Part shown: piece by piece, positions 9,331 through 19,720 of the stretch
How positions within the stretch are numbered: the stretch's first letter is position 1
Layout of the letters: each line of letters opens with the position of its first letter
From: Leidyana gryllorum EB-2025a
Taxonomy: Eukaryota > Protista > Apicomplexa
Length of the DNA stretch: 43,667 bases
Direction of reading: 5' to 3'
Assembly (NCBI GenBank): GCA_048772705.1
Contig: JBLWGC010000206.1
Span: 1 to 43,667 of the forward strand
Notes under the pieces: model-generated
What the model was told of the DNA's origin: nothing
The model's input: the letters and a program-made list of their open reading frames with translations, nothing else
The model's database searches: none
Position numbers and translations under genes: made by a program

Positions 9331-9614
9331 ATCGATAGGCTTATAAGGAATGGCTGTCATCACGTACAAAATTGAACAGGATGGTGTTCGGCATCTGTGG
9401 TCCAGTGGAAAACTCTCTCGCTGGCACCGAGATAACCCGACTCCCGACAGATGCAAAATGATAGCATGATGAATCGATAGGCTTATAAGGGATGGCTGTC
9501 ATCACGTACAGATTAAACAGGATGGTGTTCGGCATCTGTGGTCCAATGGAAAACTCTCTCGCTGGCACCGAGCTAACCCGATTCCCGACAGATGCAAAAT
9601 GATAGCATGATGAA
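9331..9614 (+). repeat. Tandem duplication, 2 x 142 bp, each with a decayed tRNA-Gly
   Basis: atcgataggcttataagg... starts at 9331 and 9473. Confidence 0.9.
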
Positions 9615-9640
9615 TTTGTCGGCGGTTTCGATGCCGACCG

Positions 9641-9713
9641 TGGGAGTGGAGAGGATTGAACTCTCGATTTCAGGACTATGAGACCTACGCGCTACCGACT
9701 GCGCTACACTCCC
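9641..9713 (-). tRNA. tRNA-Met(CAT), elongator
   Basis: Met body, CAT anticodon. Confidence 0.8.
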
Positions 9714-9789
9714 CCTCCAACTTTCTCCGAGGAATCACCCGAACCCAGAACCATGCTGCAAGGCAGGCTGGGTCAAGATACAACAAAGC

Positions 9790-9861
9790 GGGCTGTTCTG
9801 GGAATCGAACCCAGGACTTCTTCCACCCAAAGGAAGAATCATACCACTAGACCAAACAGCC
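9790..9861 (-). tRNA. tRNA-Pro(TGG)
   Basis: intact, TT-TGG-GT loop. Confidence 0.92.
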
Positions 9862-9950
9862 GACAACCCACCATCCCGGTACAGCCCCCAGTACTGTGGA
9901 AGCAGTCGGCACAGCACGCGTTTCGGCTCCCTCTTTCATGTTGGACACTG

Positions 9951-10022
9951 AGCAGCGTGGCTCAGTGGGAGAGTGTTGGGCTCATGACGGGAAGGTCCGT
10001 CGATCGAAACGACGCACTGCTA
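9951..10022 (+). pseudogene. initiator tRNA-Met, anticodon stem damaged
   Basis: A1:T72, GATCGAAA T loop. Confidence 0.75.
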
Positions 10023-10316
10023 AGCGTCAGCAGGAGGACACACTTATAGAAATACTCCCCGATCTGGCTATCGACCCCCACACGTTTGGCGTGCAAAGTC
10101 ACCTCTCTACCACTTGAAATAGCCGCCCACCCGTCAAGCCCAAGTGAACTTTCCCCGCCTCGGTTCCTCAACAGTGGCACTTCGAGCTCTCAAGCTCAAC
10201 ACCGGCACAGATCGCGGGGTGGTCCGAGGTCCAAACTCGAATTTTGATGCCGCAAGTCTGCATGGCTCCGAATGTCAGCCACTCTTGTCGATTCCGCTGT
10301 AGAGCGAGACCACGAG

Positions 10317-10389
10317 AACGGTGGGCGGAACTCGAACCCACAACCTTTGCCTCCGGAGGGCAACACGCTATGCATTGCGCCACCACCGC
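10317..10389 (-). tRNA. tRNA-Arg(CCG)
   Basis: TTGCC-CTCCGGA-GGCAA arm. Confidence 0.82.
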
Positions 10390-10558
10390 ACAATCCACAG
10401 CCTCACTGTCTGCGACGCCTGAGTCGTAATATCGCCTGGCCCCGCTATTTCGATTAAGCAGTTGTCAAGTGGACGTGGTAGGCGGAGTTCGAAAGACTCC
10501 TTATCTTATTTGAGACAGGGGTTCAACTCCCCTAGACCCTCGTCAGAGCCTAGCAAAA

Positions 10559-10630
10559 GGGCTGTTCTGGGAATCGAACCCAGGACTCGTTCCACCCTAA
10601 GGAAGGATCATACCACTAGACCAAACAGCC
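10559..10630 (-). tRNA. tRNA-Pro(AGG)
   Basis: Pro body, AGG anticodon. Confidence 0.85.
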
Positions 10631-11000
10631 GACTGATCGGTGGTGCACATTGCTGGTAGAGTCGGGAGACTGGTCATAACATGTCAAGAACCGTCTGCAC
10701 AGCGGGCGACTAGCTCAAATGATATAGCACTCGCTTGACATGCGAGAGATACTTGGACCAATGCCCAGGTCGTCCAAGCTTCTAACGGCTGCACCTCCGG
10801 TATCTGAAAACAGAGTCACGACCGAATGGAGTTGACGCCCGATCACATTACACGACAACTGCTGGATTCGAACCACCGCGAGCCAGACCCTTAATCACTC
10901 GGGCAAGTTGCCAAATGTTGAATTGGACATCCCGCGGGCAGTGGCTCCACAGAGGGCTGCGGTTAGTGCCTATCTTCACCGCGTTTCAAGGCTTTCTAGT

Positions 11001-11073
11001 GCCTCGGTAGCTCAGTTGGGAGAGCGCCAGACTGAAGATCTGGAAGTCCCGTGCTCGATCCACAGCCGAGGCA
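11001..11073 (+). tRNA. tRNA-Phe(GAA)
   Basis: CCAGA-CTGAAGA-TCTGG arm, T-arm changes. Confidence 0.8.
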
Positions 11074-11203
11074 GAGAGGTTGTGGCATCTGGTGTCAAAA
11101 TCCCTCGCGCCCGTGCGAGGGTTCTGCCCCTCAGCTAACCAGGCAGGCCCTGTCTCGATCACTTGACGTGAGCCAACACCTTCGAACGTTTCATTCCATC
11201 TTC

Positions 11204-11275
11204 AGGGCACGCGCGGAGTTGGACCACGGACTTGCTGATCTGCAGTCAGCTGCTCTACCACTGAGCTACGTACCC
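11204..11275 (-). tRNA. tRNA-Cys(GCA)
   Basis: GCTGA-CTGCAGA-TCAGC arm, T73. Confidence 0.82.
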
Positions 11276-11371
11276 ACAAACTACCCGTCATACTCGCTCA
11301 ACTCGATTCTGTCTTCTCATTTGAAGCAAAACGGCCGTTATTGTGCACGAGCTTGAACAACAACGAGTCAT

Positions 11372-11442
11372 GCATCTGTGGTCTAGTGGTAGAATGTGTC
11401 GTTGCCACCGAGACGACCCAGGTTCGATTCCCGGCAGACGCA
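11372..11442 (+). tRNA. tRNA-Gly(GCC), diverged
   Basis: Gly body with about 4 changes. Confidence 0.7.
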
Positions 11443-11717
11443 GGAGGCACGCCTCAAACAGCCGTGGCAGATTGACAGAGACGCTGACAAGCTTCGGCAC
11501 GAGGCCCGACCAGGGGGCTGTTTGGTCTGCAGGTATGATTTTTCCTCGCTTGGAAGAACATTGCAACTGGGTCTTGTAGCTCAGTCGGCAAAGCGTATAG
11601 CTGTTTACCACAAAGCCGCAGTTTCGAAGCCTAGCGGTGCCGGGAGCTGCGATATGCGACGCTCTGTTAGAGGTCGCAACTCTGTATTTAACTACCGGCA
11701 GGTCGCCCTACTGAGTT

Positions 11718-11790
11718 TGGACGACCTGGGTATCGATCCCAGTACCTCTCGCATGCAAAGCGAGCGCTCTACCATCTGAGCTAGCCGCCC
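11718..11790 (-). tRNA. tRNA-Ala(TGC)
   Basis: intact cloverleaf. Confidence 0.92.
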
Positions 11791-11850
11791 ATCCGCTCTA
11801 CATGGAAAACCTTCTGCATCCAGTGGCTGACCGAGTGCCGATACAACGGC

Positions 11851-11930
11851 TGACAAGAGTGGGATTCGAACCCACGCCCTTTCGGACTGCGGCCTTAACA
11901 CAGCGCCTTAGACCACTCGGCCATCTTGCC
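11851..11930 (-). tRNA. tRNA-Leu(AAG)
   Basis: CTGTG-TTAAGGC-CGCAG arm. Confidence 0.92.
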
Positions 11931-12025
11931 GAAGTGTTCTTGGCTCGCCACTTTACACGTTTTCTGTTCGTGAAGTCTCGAGAAGGGAGGACTTTTGGGG
12001 TTGAAGGCCGGTGTGTTTGTGAGCC

Positions 12026-12097
12026 ACCGAGATAGTATGGTGGTTAGTATTTCCGCCTGTCACGCGGAAGACCCGGGTTCGATTCCCGGTCTCGGAG
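12026..12097 (+). tRNA. tRNA-Asp(GTC)
   Basis: Asp body, position 1 mismatch. Confidence 0.8.
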
Positions 12098-12149
12098 ATA
12101 GATAGTCTTCCGCTCTAGATTCCGTGACGGTTGCCTGAACGATGCGTGT

Positions 12150-12219
12150 TACAGCCACCGAGGATTGAACTCGGGACCTTCTGCGTGTTAAGCAGACGTC
12201 GTGACCGCTAGATGGCTGC
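12150..12219 (-). pseudogene. tRNA-Val(AAC), 3-nt deletion
   Basis: D-arm deletion. Confidence 0.72.
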
Positions 12220-12511
12220 ACGCAGCTTCCGGACTGCCGAAGGGGCGTGTGTCTCTGGAAACGCGTATCCGATGAGCCTGGTTCATATGTACCGGCCTAA
12301 GTTGGACGGCCTGGAGTAGTTAAGACCCTTCGCGCTGTATTCAGGAATGGAGGTGTCACTCATCTGTGGTTTAGTGGTAGACTGTGTCGTTGCCGCCTAG
12401 ACGACCCAGGTTCGATTCCCGCGGATGCAGAGAAGATGGCAGATGGTTGATTGAGGCACCATTCTGGGGTTTCAGGCTTGAGTTGTTGTCTGCCCCTCCA
12501 ATCACATCGAA

Positions 12512-12593
12512 CGACAACTGCTGGATTTGAACCAGCGCGGGCCAGCCCCACTAGATTTCAAGTCTACCTCCTTAACCACTCGGGCAAGTTGCC
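12512..12593 (-). tRNA. tRNA-Ser(TGA)
   Basis: CT-TGA-AA loop, type II. Confidence 0.82.
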
Positions 12594-12811
12594 AACTGTC
12601 GAATTCGACATGCCGCAAGGAGTGACCAAATGCCCCCATGTTCAGCCTGTCCTGCGGCATTGATAGGTGTCTGAACTGACCTCTCGCGTGCCAAGTCACC
12701 GCTTTACCACTTGAGATAGCCGCCCACCCGCCAAACCTAGGTGAACTTCCCATTTGAGACCGACTCACAGTTCTCTGGCGCCTCATTCGTCAGTGCAACT
12801 GTTGTGACTCG

Positions 12812-12884
12812 TCCACTGTAGTCTAAGTGGCTAGGATATGCGGCTTTCACCCGCACGATCCGGGTTCAAGTCCCGGCAGTGGAA
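12812..12884 (+). tRNA. tRNA-Glu(TTC)
   Basis: intact, CT-TTC-AC loop. Confidence 0.92.
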
Positions 12885-12960
12885 GTCATTAGAGTACTCG
12901 ATCAAAGTGCTTTGATAACTTGCGTAAATAGGGACTGATGCGTGATTCCCGACTTGCACT

Positions 12961-13032
12961 GCCTTCTTAGCTTAGGGGCAGAGCATTCGCTTAGTAAGCG
13001 AAAGGTCGCCGGTTCGATTCCGGCAGAAGGCT
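12961..13032 (+). tRNA. tRNA-Thr(AGT)
   Basis: TTCGC-TTAGTAA-GCGAA arm. Confidence 0.92.
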
Positions 13033-13226
13033 CGACTGCATCGACTGGGCACCTGCAAGCTTATCGCAAACTCCATTCATCGTAGCTGAGCCTGGTAGCT
13101 CAGCCATCAGAGGGTAAGTCTCTTAGCCACGAAGTCGCAGGTTTCGAACCTGCCAGTACCTGAGGCACCCACTAGCTCAACGCAGACTGCGGCCGAGTCT
13201 CGGGGTGCTGAAGCTCTTTCTCAAGT

Positions 13227-13297
13227 GCACTTGTGGTCCAAGGGTAGGATGCGAGCTTCCCATGCTCGCAGTCCGGGTTCGAGTCCCGGCAGGTGCA
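13227..13297 (+). tRNA. tRNA-Gly(CCC)
   Basis: CGAGC-TTCCCAT-GCTCG arm. Confidence 0.85.
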
Positions 13298-13376
13298 GCC
13301 GATCGTACAGACTTGACCATGGCTGCAACGATATTTCCAACATTCCGGGGCGAAGAGCAATGCACTTTAAACTGCT

Positions 13377-13448
13377 TGTCCGAGCCAGGAATCGAGCCTG
13401 GGTTTGCACGGCTACAACGTGCTGTCCTAACCACTAAACGACTCGGAC
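13377..13448 (-). tRNA. tRNA-His-type body with GTA anticodon (function doubtful)
   Basis: GTCCGAG/CTCGGAC acceptor, GCACG-TTGTAGC-CGTGC arm. Confidence 0.7.
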
Positions 13449-13791
13449 AATCTTTGAGCGAGACTGTAGAGGTAGCGAAGCATCGATCAGGATGGAATGG
13501 AACAGGAGCGTCAGACAAACTACGTTGTAAGAAGTCCACTCCTCAACTCCCGGTGGGACGGAATTTGCTCGTCGAATATCTGATGCCACCACTACCATCA
13601 GATGCGTTGCCATCTAAGCAACTCGGGCCGTTAGAGTACTTCGGGGCGGTACACCGCAGGTCGTGCAATCTTACCGGAACTCGAGTCTGGCACCTTCGAG
13701 CACCCCGAAATCCGTGCCGTACTTCTGAGCTTGAGAGCGCCACTGTTGAGGGTCTGAGGTTGAGCCTTCGAACCTCGCAGCAGTTGGACGG

Positions 13792-13871
13792 CCGGGGGTA
13801 GCTCAGTTGGTAGAGCATCTGACTGTGGTGCTGGCATCAGGTAGTCGGCGGTTCGATTCCGTCCCACCGGA
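13792..13871 (+). tRNA. tRNA-Tyr-type body, 7-nt intron, GTG anticodon (function doubtful)
   Basis: TCTGA-CTGTGG-[TGCTGGC]-A-TCAGG. Confidence 0.7.
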
Positions 13872-14060
13872 AGTAGAGCGGTGGTTGGCAGACTGCTACT
13901 CAACCTGATGGGTTTTGGCAGACATCGTTGATGGGCCAATTGGAATCAATCTGGCGAAGAGTCCATCCATATACAACTCAAATCTTGTCTTAGCTGTCGC
14001 AGCAGCATATCTTAGACAACCTTGAAGAGACGTGGCGTATTAAGTCAACAACTGACAGAC

Positions 14061-14131
14061 GGGCTGTTCTGGGAATCAAACCCAGCACTCCTTCCACCCA
14101 AGGAATGATCATACCACTAGACCAAACAGCC
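14061..14131 (-). pseudogene. tRNA-Pro(TGG), degenerate
   Basis: 1-nt deletion, T-loop change. Confidence 0.7.
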
Positions 14132-14215
14132 GACTGGTCGGTGGTGCGAATTGCTGGTAGAGTCGGGAGACTGGTCAATGTCAAGAACCACCAAATGCTA
14201 TGGGGTCTGCACAGC

Positions 14216-14288
14216 GGGCGACTAGCTCAAATGATATAGCACTCGCTTAACATGCGAGAGATACTGGGATCGATGGCCAGGTCGTCCA
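14216..14288 (+). pseudogene. tRNA-Ala-derived pseudogene, AAC anticodon
   Basis: Ala body, D-loop damaged. Confidence 0.7.
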
Positions 14289-14383
14289 AAGTACGTACGG
14301 CTGCACGTGGCGGGAGTCACTCTGAAGGGTCGCAGACCACAAGTGCGAGAGCAGGGCAGTCAGTGTCTGGGGTGCCTCTGAAA

Positions 14384-14456
14384 CGGTCCTGGCAGGTTTC
14401 GAACCTGCGACTTTGTGGTTAACAGCCACACGCTCTGCCGACTGAGCTACAAGACC
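14384..14456 (-). tRNA. tRNA-Asn(GTT)
   Basis: intact. Confidence 0.92.
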
Positions 14457-14598
14457 CAGCTACAATGTTTCAGAGGTTGGTAGAGAGACCCTCCTCTTTC
14501 TACCGCAGGATTCTGCAACCGTTGTTGTAGGTGCACCCGACAGACCACGTCTTGCAAGAGGGTACGGCTCTCGGCGAAAGCTGCAGCTGAGGGAGTTG

Positions 14599-14671
14599 TC
14601 CACTGTAGTCTAAGTGGCTAGGATATGCGGCTCTCACCCGCACGATCCGGGTTCAAGTGCCGGTAGTGGAA
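14599..14671 (+). tRNA. tRNA-Glu(CTC)
   Basis: Glu body, 2 changes. Confidence 0.8.
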
Positions 14672-14731
14672 ATCCAGCAGAGTGTGCTTGTAGGCAACGG
14701 TTCCATTCCTACTCCCAGAGACATTGATTTG

Positions 14732-14804
14732 CACCGCCCGCGGGGCTCGAACCCGCGACTGCAAGATTAAAAGTCTTGCGCTCTACCGACTGAGCTAGGG
14801 CGGC
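14732..14804 (-). tRNA. tRNA-Lys(TTT)
   Basis: Lys body, CT-TTT-AA loop. Confidence 0.88.
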
Positions 14805-14932
14805 AAGGAAGCTCTAAACTTAGTTACACCCTATTTGCCGGTATGTGGAGCAGTGGAAGTATTGAGTGGTGGAACAATGTGCTTCAGTAACTTCCGTCAA
14901 TAGGGACTCATTCGTGATGTCCAGTTAACATT

Positions 14933-15003
14933 GCCTTCTTAGCTTGGGGCAGAGCATTCGCTTAGTAAGCGAAAGGTCGCCGGTTCGATTCCGGCACAAG
15001 GCT
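14933..15003 (+). tRNA. tRNA-Thr(AGT), 1-nt D-loop deletion
   Basis: Thr body. Confidence 0.72.
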
Positions 15004-15052
15004 TTGCTCGCGAGGCAATCTATTCTATAACTGTTCCCCTTCTGCGCAAACT

Positions 15053-15123
15053 TAGCAGTGCGTCGTTTCGATCGACGGACCTTTGGATTATGAGCCCAAC
15101 ACTTTTCACTGAGCTACACTGCT
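15053..15123 (-). tRNA. initiator tRNA-Met(CAT), diverged
   Basis: iMet body, 1 nt short. Confidence 0.72.
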
Positions 15124-15263
15124 GAGTCTGCAACATGGAAGAAGTAGCCGAAATGCAATTCTCGAGATGTTAGTTGCCCTGACTGCCCTACCATAGTGGG
15201 CTAATGAAATGCTGTGTTGGTTCTGAGGGCAACTTGTCCCGTCGGGTTAACCGACGACCAAGA

Positions 15264-15335
15264 GGGCTGTTCTGGGAATCGAACCCAGGACTTCTTCCAC
15301 CCAAAGGAAGAATCATACAACTAGACCAAACAGCC
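15264..15335 (-). tRNA. tRNA-Pro(TGG)
   Basis: one D-loop change. Confidence 0.85.
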
Positions 15336-15593
15336 GAATGGGAAGGGGGATACAACCGGTTACGTACAGCCGTAAACTCGAAGTGTGGCTAATTCGTCCT
15401 GAAATGAGTACCGTTGCGCAGAATGGGACCCGCACCCATGCAGACTTGCGCCTACCAGTATGTGGCAAGATGCCCTAGTGGGTAAGGCGCTATTTTCAGA
15501 CCCCACTCACATGGTCGTGAGTATCTTTCTCCCGCCTTGAAAGGGCACTGGCTACCCGCAGAAACCCCAGACTACTTATTTCGACGCTGCATT

Positions 15594-15674
15594 GCGAGAA
15601 TGTCCGAGAGGTTAAGGGGGTGGCCTTAAGATCCACTGGTCAATTCCGCCTGGGTTCGAACCCCACTTCTCGCA
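15594..15674 (+). tRNA. tRNA-Leu(TAA)
   Basis: GCGAGAA/TTCTCGC acceptor, CT-TAA-GA loop. Confidence 0.8.
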
Positions 15675-16449
15675 TAAGGAGGCAAGTGTCGGGGGAGGGG
15701 AATGGAACGGTCGACTACCTGCCGCACCCGCCGCAGTCAGATGCTGTACCAAGTGAGCGAACGCCTGTCGTGTGACCCTTTGACATCGAGGTTTGCTCCC
15801 GAACCGCACCTTTTGAGTGAGCACCAAACGAAGTCTAAAGCGGAACGAGCTGTGCTGTAAGACGGGCAGTCGAACCCAGGTCTTCCGCCTGACGCGCGAA
15901 AATACTAAGGACTCCGGTCGACCTGCCCAATGACTTGCATGACTCCACCCTGAGGCAAATAGAGTGTAACTTAGTTCAGAGTTTCCTTGTCATCCTAGCT
16001 CAGTCGGTGGAGCGCGAGCCTCTTAATCTTGCAGTCACAGAGTGAAGTCCCGTGGGCGGTGCGGACGAGTGGGCCGGGGAGTAAGAATGCAGTATGTTGC
16101 CTACAAGCACACCCATCTGCATTTGCGCTGCCGAGACTCGAACCGGGATGGTGCGGGTTGGCGCCACATATACTTGCCACCGAGACCATAGTGGACACGT
16201 CACCAAAGTTGCACTGACGAATGGGGGCAGAAAAGGCCTGAGAATTTTGCAACCCCCTCAGGTCGTTATCGAGACCGAGAGACCAGCCCGAAAAGCTTAA
16301 GCTTGTGAGCAAACCTTATGCCGTAATCGAACCGGCGACCTTTCGCTTAAGCGAATGCTCTGCCCCTAAGCTAAGAAGGCAATGCAAGCCGGGAGTCACG
16401 CATCAGTCCCTATTGACACAAGAGCACTTTGATCGAGTACTCTAATGAC

Positions 16450-16522
16450 TTCCACTGCCGGGACTTGAATCCGGATCGTGCGGGTGAAAGCCGCATATCC
16501 TAGCCACTTAGACTACAGTGGA
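16450..16522 (-). tRNA. tRNA-Glu(TTC)
   Basis: Glu body, one T-stem change. Confidence 0.85.
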
Positions 16523-16738
16523 CGAGTCACAACAGTTGCACTGACGAATGAGGCGCCAGAAAACTGTGATCGATCTCAGGTGGGAAATTCACCTAGGTTT
16601 GGCGGGTGGGCAGCTACTCAAGTGGTAGAGCGGTGACTTTGCACGCGAGAGGTGAGTTTAGACACCTATAAATGCCGCAGGACAGGCTGAACATGGGGAT
16701 ATTTGGTCACTCCTCGCGGCATGTCGAATTCGACAGTT

Positions 16739-16820
16739 GGCAACTTGCCCGAGTGGTTAAGGGGGTAGACTCGAAATCTACTGGGTCTGGCCGGCGCTGG
16801 TTCGAATGCAGCAGTTGTCG
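16739..16820 (+). tRNA. tRNA-Ser(CGA)
   Basis: CT-CGA-AA loop, type II. Confidence 0.8.
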
Positions 16821-17023
16821 TGTTATGTGATCGGGCATCAACTCCATTCGGTCGTGACTCTGTTTTCAAATACCGCAGGTGCAGCCGTTAGAAGGTTGGA
16901 CGACCTGGGCATTGATCCCAGTATCTCTCGCATCTTAAGCGAGTGCTATATCATTTGAGCTAGCCGCTGACATATTATGACCAGTCTCCCGACTCTACCA
17001 GCAATTTGCACCACCGACCAGTC

Positions 17024-17095
17024 GGCTGTTTGGTCTAGTGGTATGATCCTTCCTTAGGGTGGAAGGAGTCCTGCGTTCGATTCCCAGAACAGCCC
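17024..17095 (+). tRNA. tRNA-Pro(AGG)
   Basis: Pro body. Confidence 0.85.
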
Positions 17096-17196
17096 GTCTG
17101 ATAGTTGTTGCCGCAACACGGCACTCGACCCATCCCGGACAGCTAAGACAGGATCTGAGTTGTTGACTCAACAGGCTGCAACCCGGCCATCCGCCC

Positions 17197-17269
17197 AGAC
17201 GCTACTGGGACTCGAACCCAGAATCCCCGGTTCCGTAGACCGATGCCATATCCATTAGGCCATAGCGCC
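17197..17269 (-). tRNA. tRNA-Arg(ACG)
   Basis: intact. Confidence 0.92.
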
Positions 17270-17733
17270 GACTAACGGAGCCGTCAAATGGAAGTATGTA
17301 GCGATCCAGAGAGGACATGGGCAGCTACGCCCGATCGTGGGTTTGGACAGGCTTCACCTACATCTCCCATTCGAGACATCGGTGGACATACTATCCAAGC
17401 CAGAATTCGGGCCTGGGTATGCACGGCCACAACTTGCTGTTGTAAGCACTAGACGACCCGGACGATCTTCAAGTGAGGCTGGTATGTCGGCGTGACCAAG
17501 CGAGTGGATCTCTGATACAAATTCGGACTTAGTAACCAATTCCATTTGTATTGATCGTGGAATCCTGTGCCTTCCTCGGGTACGGGGCGAGCTCCCTTGC
17601 CGCTCCAACTCCGTCGGTAGAGCACAAGACTTTTGAAGGGAGAACCGCGGGTTCGGGAGGCGCGAGCAGTCCTAGTAAAGCTCGCTGAATCGTATGTGAA
17701 GCCACTGGCCGCAAAAATGCCAAGTTCGACAGC

Positions 17734-17816
17734 GGCAACTTGCCCGAGTGGTTAAGGGGAGAAGATTTGATCTCTACTGGGCCTGGCCCGCGCTGGTTCA
17801 AATCCAGCAGTTGTCG
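17734..17816 (+). pseudogene. tRNA-Ser, anticodon arm damaged
   Basis: Ser body, broken anticodon stem. Confidence 0.72.
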
Positions 17817-17892
17817 TGCGATGTGATCGGAGGGGTCAGACACCAACTCAAGCGTGAATCCCTGGAATGGTGGGAAAACCAACTGTGTCTTC

Positions 17893-17963
17893 TGCATCTG
17901 CCGGGAATCGAACCCGGGTCGTCGAGATGGCAACGAGACATTCTACCACTAGACCACAGATGC
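17893..17963 (-). tRNA. tRNA-Gly(GCC), anticodon-stem mismatches
   Basis: Gly body. Confidence 0.75.
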
Positions 17964-18083
17964 ATAATATCTTGTTGAGCTAGTCGCCCGCTGTGCAGAC
18001 CTTATAGCATTCCGTGGTTTTCGCCCCTCATCAGATACCTGTTTCCAGAGACACACGCCCCTTTCACAGTCCGAAAGCTCCGC

Positions 18084-18156
18084 GCAGCCATTGTCTAGTG
18101 GTTACGACGTCTGCTTCACACGCAGAAGGTCCCGAGTTCGATCCTCGGTGGCTGTA
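18084..18156 (+). tRNA. tRNA-Val(CAC)
   Basis: Val body. Confidence 0.88.
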
Positions 18157-18358
18157 GCTCGCAACTTTATCTGAGCACCACGAAATCTGAAGCGGAAAAA
18201 CGAACTGTGCTCCGAGACCGGGAATCGACCCTGATCTTCCGCGTGATAGCTATACTATCTCGGACGCTCTGGATACGCCGGCCTCCAACCCCAGAAGTTC
18301 TTCCATTTTGAGATTCCACGGATAGAAAACGCGTGGGGCGGCGAGCCAACAACATTTC

Positions 18359-18438
18359 GGCAAGATGGCCGAGTGGTCCAAGGCGCTGTGTTCAGGCCGC
18401 AGTCCGAAAGGGCGTGGGTTCGAATCCCACTCTTGTCA
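18359..18438 (+). tRNA. tRNA-Leu(CAG)
   Basis: intact type II. Confidence 0.92.
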
Positions 18439-18708
18439 GGCGTTGTAGTCAGGACAACCTGCGACTTCATCCCAGCATGCCCCCACGATGCGCGCGGGAC
18501 AGCCCGCCGTGCACGTGGCACCCGGCTAACTTTTTGTCGATACAACTGCCACATGATTCTCCAGCTAAGTTGCCTTCTGAGCTTAGGGGCAGGATTATGA
18601 GACCTACGCGCTACCGACTGCGCTACACTCCCCCTCCGACTTTCTCCGAGGAATCACCCGAACCCAGAACCATGCTGCCAGGCAGGTCGGGTCAAGATAC
18701 AACAAAGC

Positions 18709-18780
18709 GGGCTGTTTTGGGAATGGAACCCAGGACTTCTTCCACCCGACGGAAGAATCATACCACTAGACCAAACAGCC
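18709..18780 (-). pseudogene. tRNA-Pro(CGG), degenerate
   Basis: T-loop and anticodon-loop changes. Confidence 0.68.
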
Positions 18781-19318
18781 GCCTGTCGGTGGTGCAATCC
18801 GTTGGGTGCAGTCGAGAGAGTGGTCATACTATGTCGAGAACCAAGAAATGCGACGGGTCCGCATAACAAAAAGGAGGGTCTTTTGGGGTTGGAGGCCGGC
18901 TTGTTCAGAGCGTCCAAGATAGTGAACCTGCGGTCTCCCATCAAAAGTCTTGCGCTCTATCGACGGACTTGGGGCGGCGACGAAGCTCGGACTTAGTAAC
19001 AAATTCCATTCGTATTGATCGTTGAATCTTGGGCCTTCCTCGGGTACAGGGCGAAGCTGTATCAGAGATGCACTCACTTGGTCACGCACGGGCTCCAACC
19101 GCGGACTCAGAACTCATTAGGCTCACGCTCTGGCCGCCTGAAATACGCGACCGCTTCAGAGTTGAGGTGAACAGTCACTAGCCAAAGGAGCCGACTGATG
19201 TGTTCAGCAAAACCCCATGACTGGGATTGAAGCGGCCGCTCAGACCTTTCTGCACGGACAAGGGGCACTACCAATTCGCACGGGATTCCCGATGGAAGGC
19301 GTAGCCCGTTCCACCCTC

Positions 19319-19400
19319 GGCAAGGTGGCCGAGTGGTTAAGGCGGCGGCCTGCTAAGCCGTTGGGTTCTACCCGCGTGAGTTCGAATCTCACCCCTGTCG
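19319..19400 (+). tRNA. tRNA-Ser(GCT)
   Basis: type II, GCT anticodon. Confidence 0.85.
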
Positions 19401-19720
19401 GTAGCATTCGGGGAGAGCGCATCTGCTTCAATGATTGAACTGAGGATTTTGTCCGACTCGAATCCAACTCTTTACGCTGGGGGCTGTATACAAAAGCCAG
19501 TTACTTCAGAGGTTAGTGGAGAGACCCGTGTTGCATGTGTCCAGTTGAGGAAGCGCTAGTCCGACTCTTCTGGGATGGGCTGAACCGGTTGCGTCCTTGG
19601 TGGTTAGCACTCGACACTTTGGATTCTCCGACCTGGGTTCGATCCCGGCGCGACCCTTGAACTGGTCCTCACTACTCCCTGAAGCTTCGCCACTTCTCTT
19701 GGGCTGCGGGGACCATCCAT

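Noticed and set aside
10510-10545. GACAGGGGTTCAACTCCCC as a tmRNA 3' end
   Set aside because: No tmRNA 5' piece, alanine-type acceptor or tag reading frame nearby, and the context is eukaryotic
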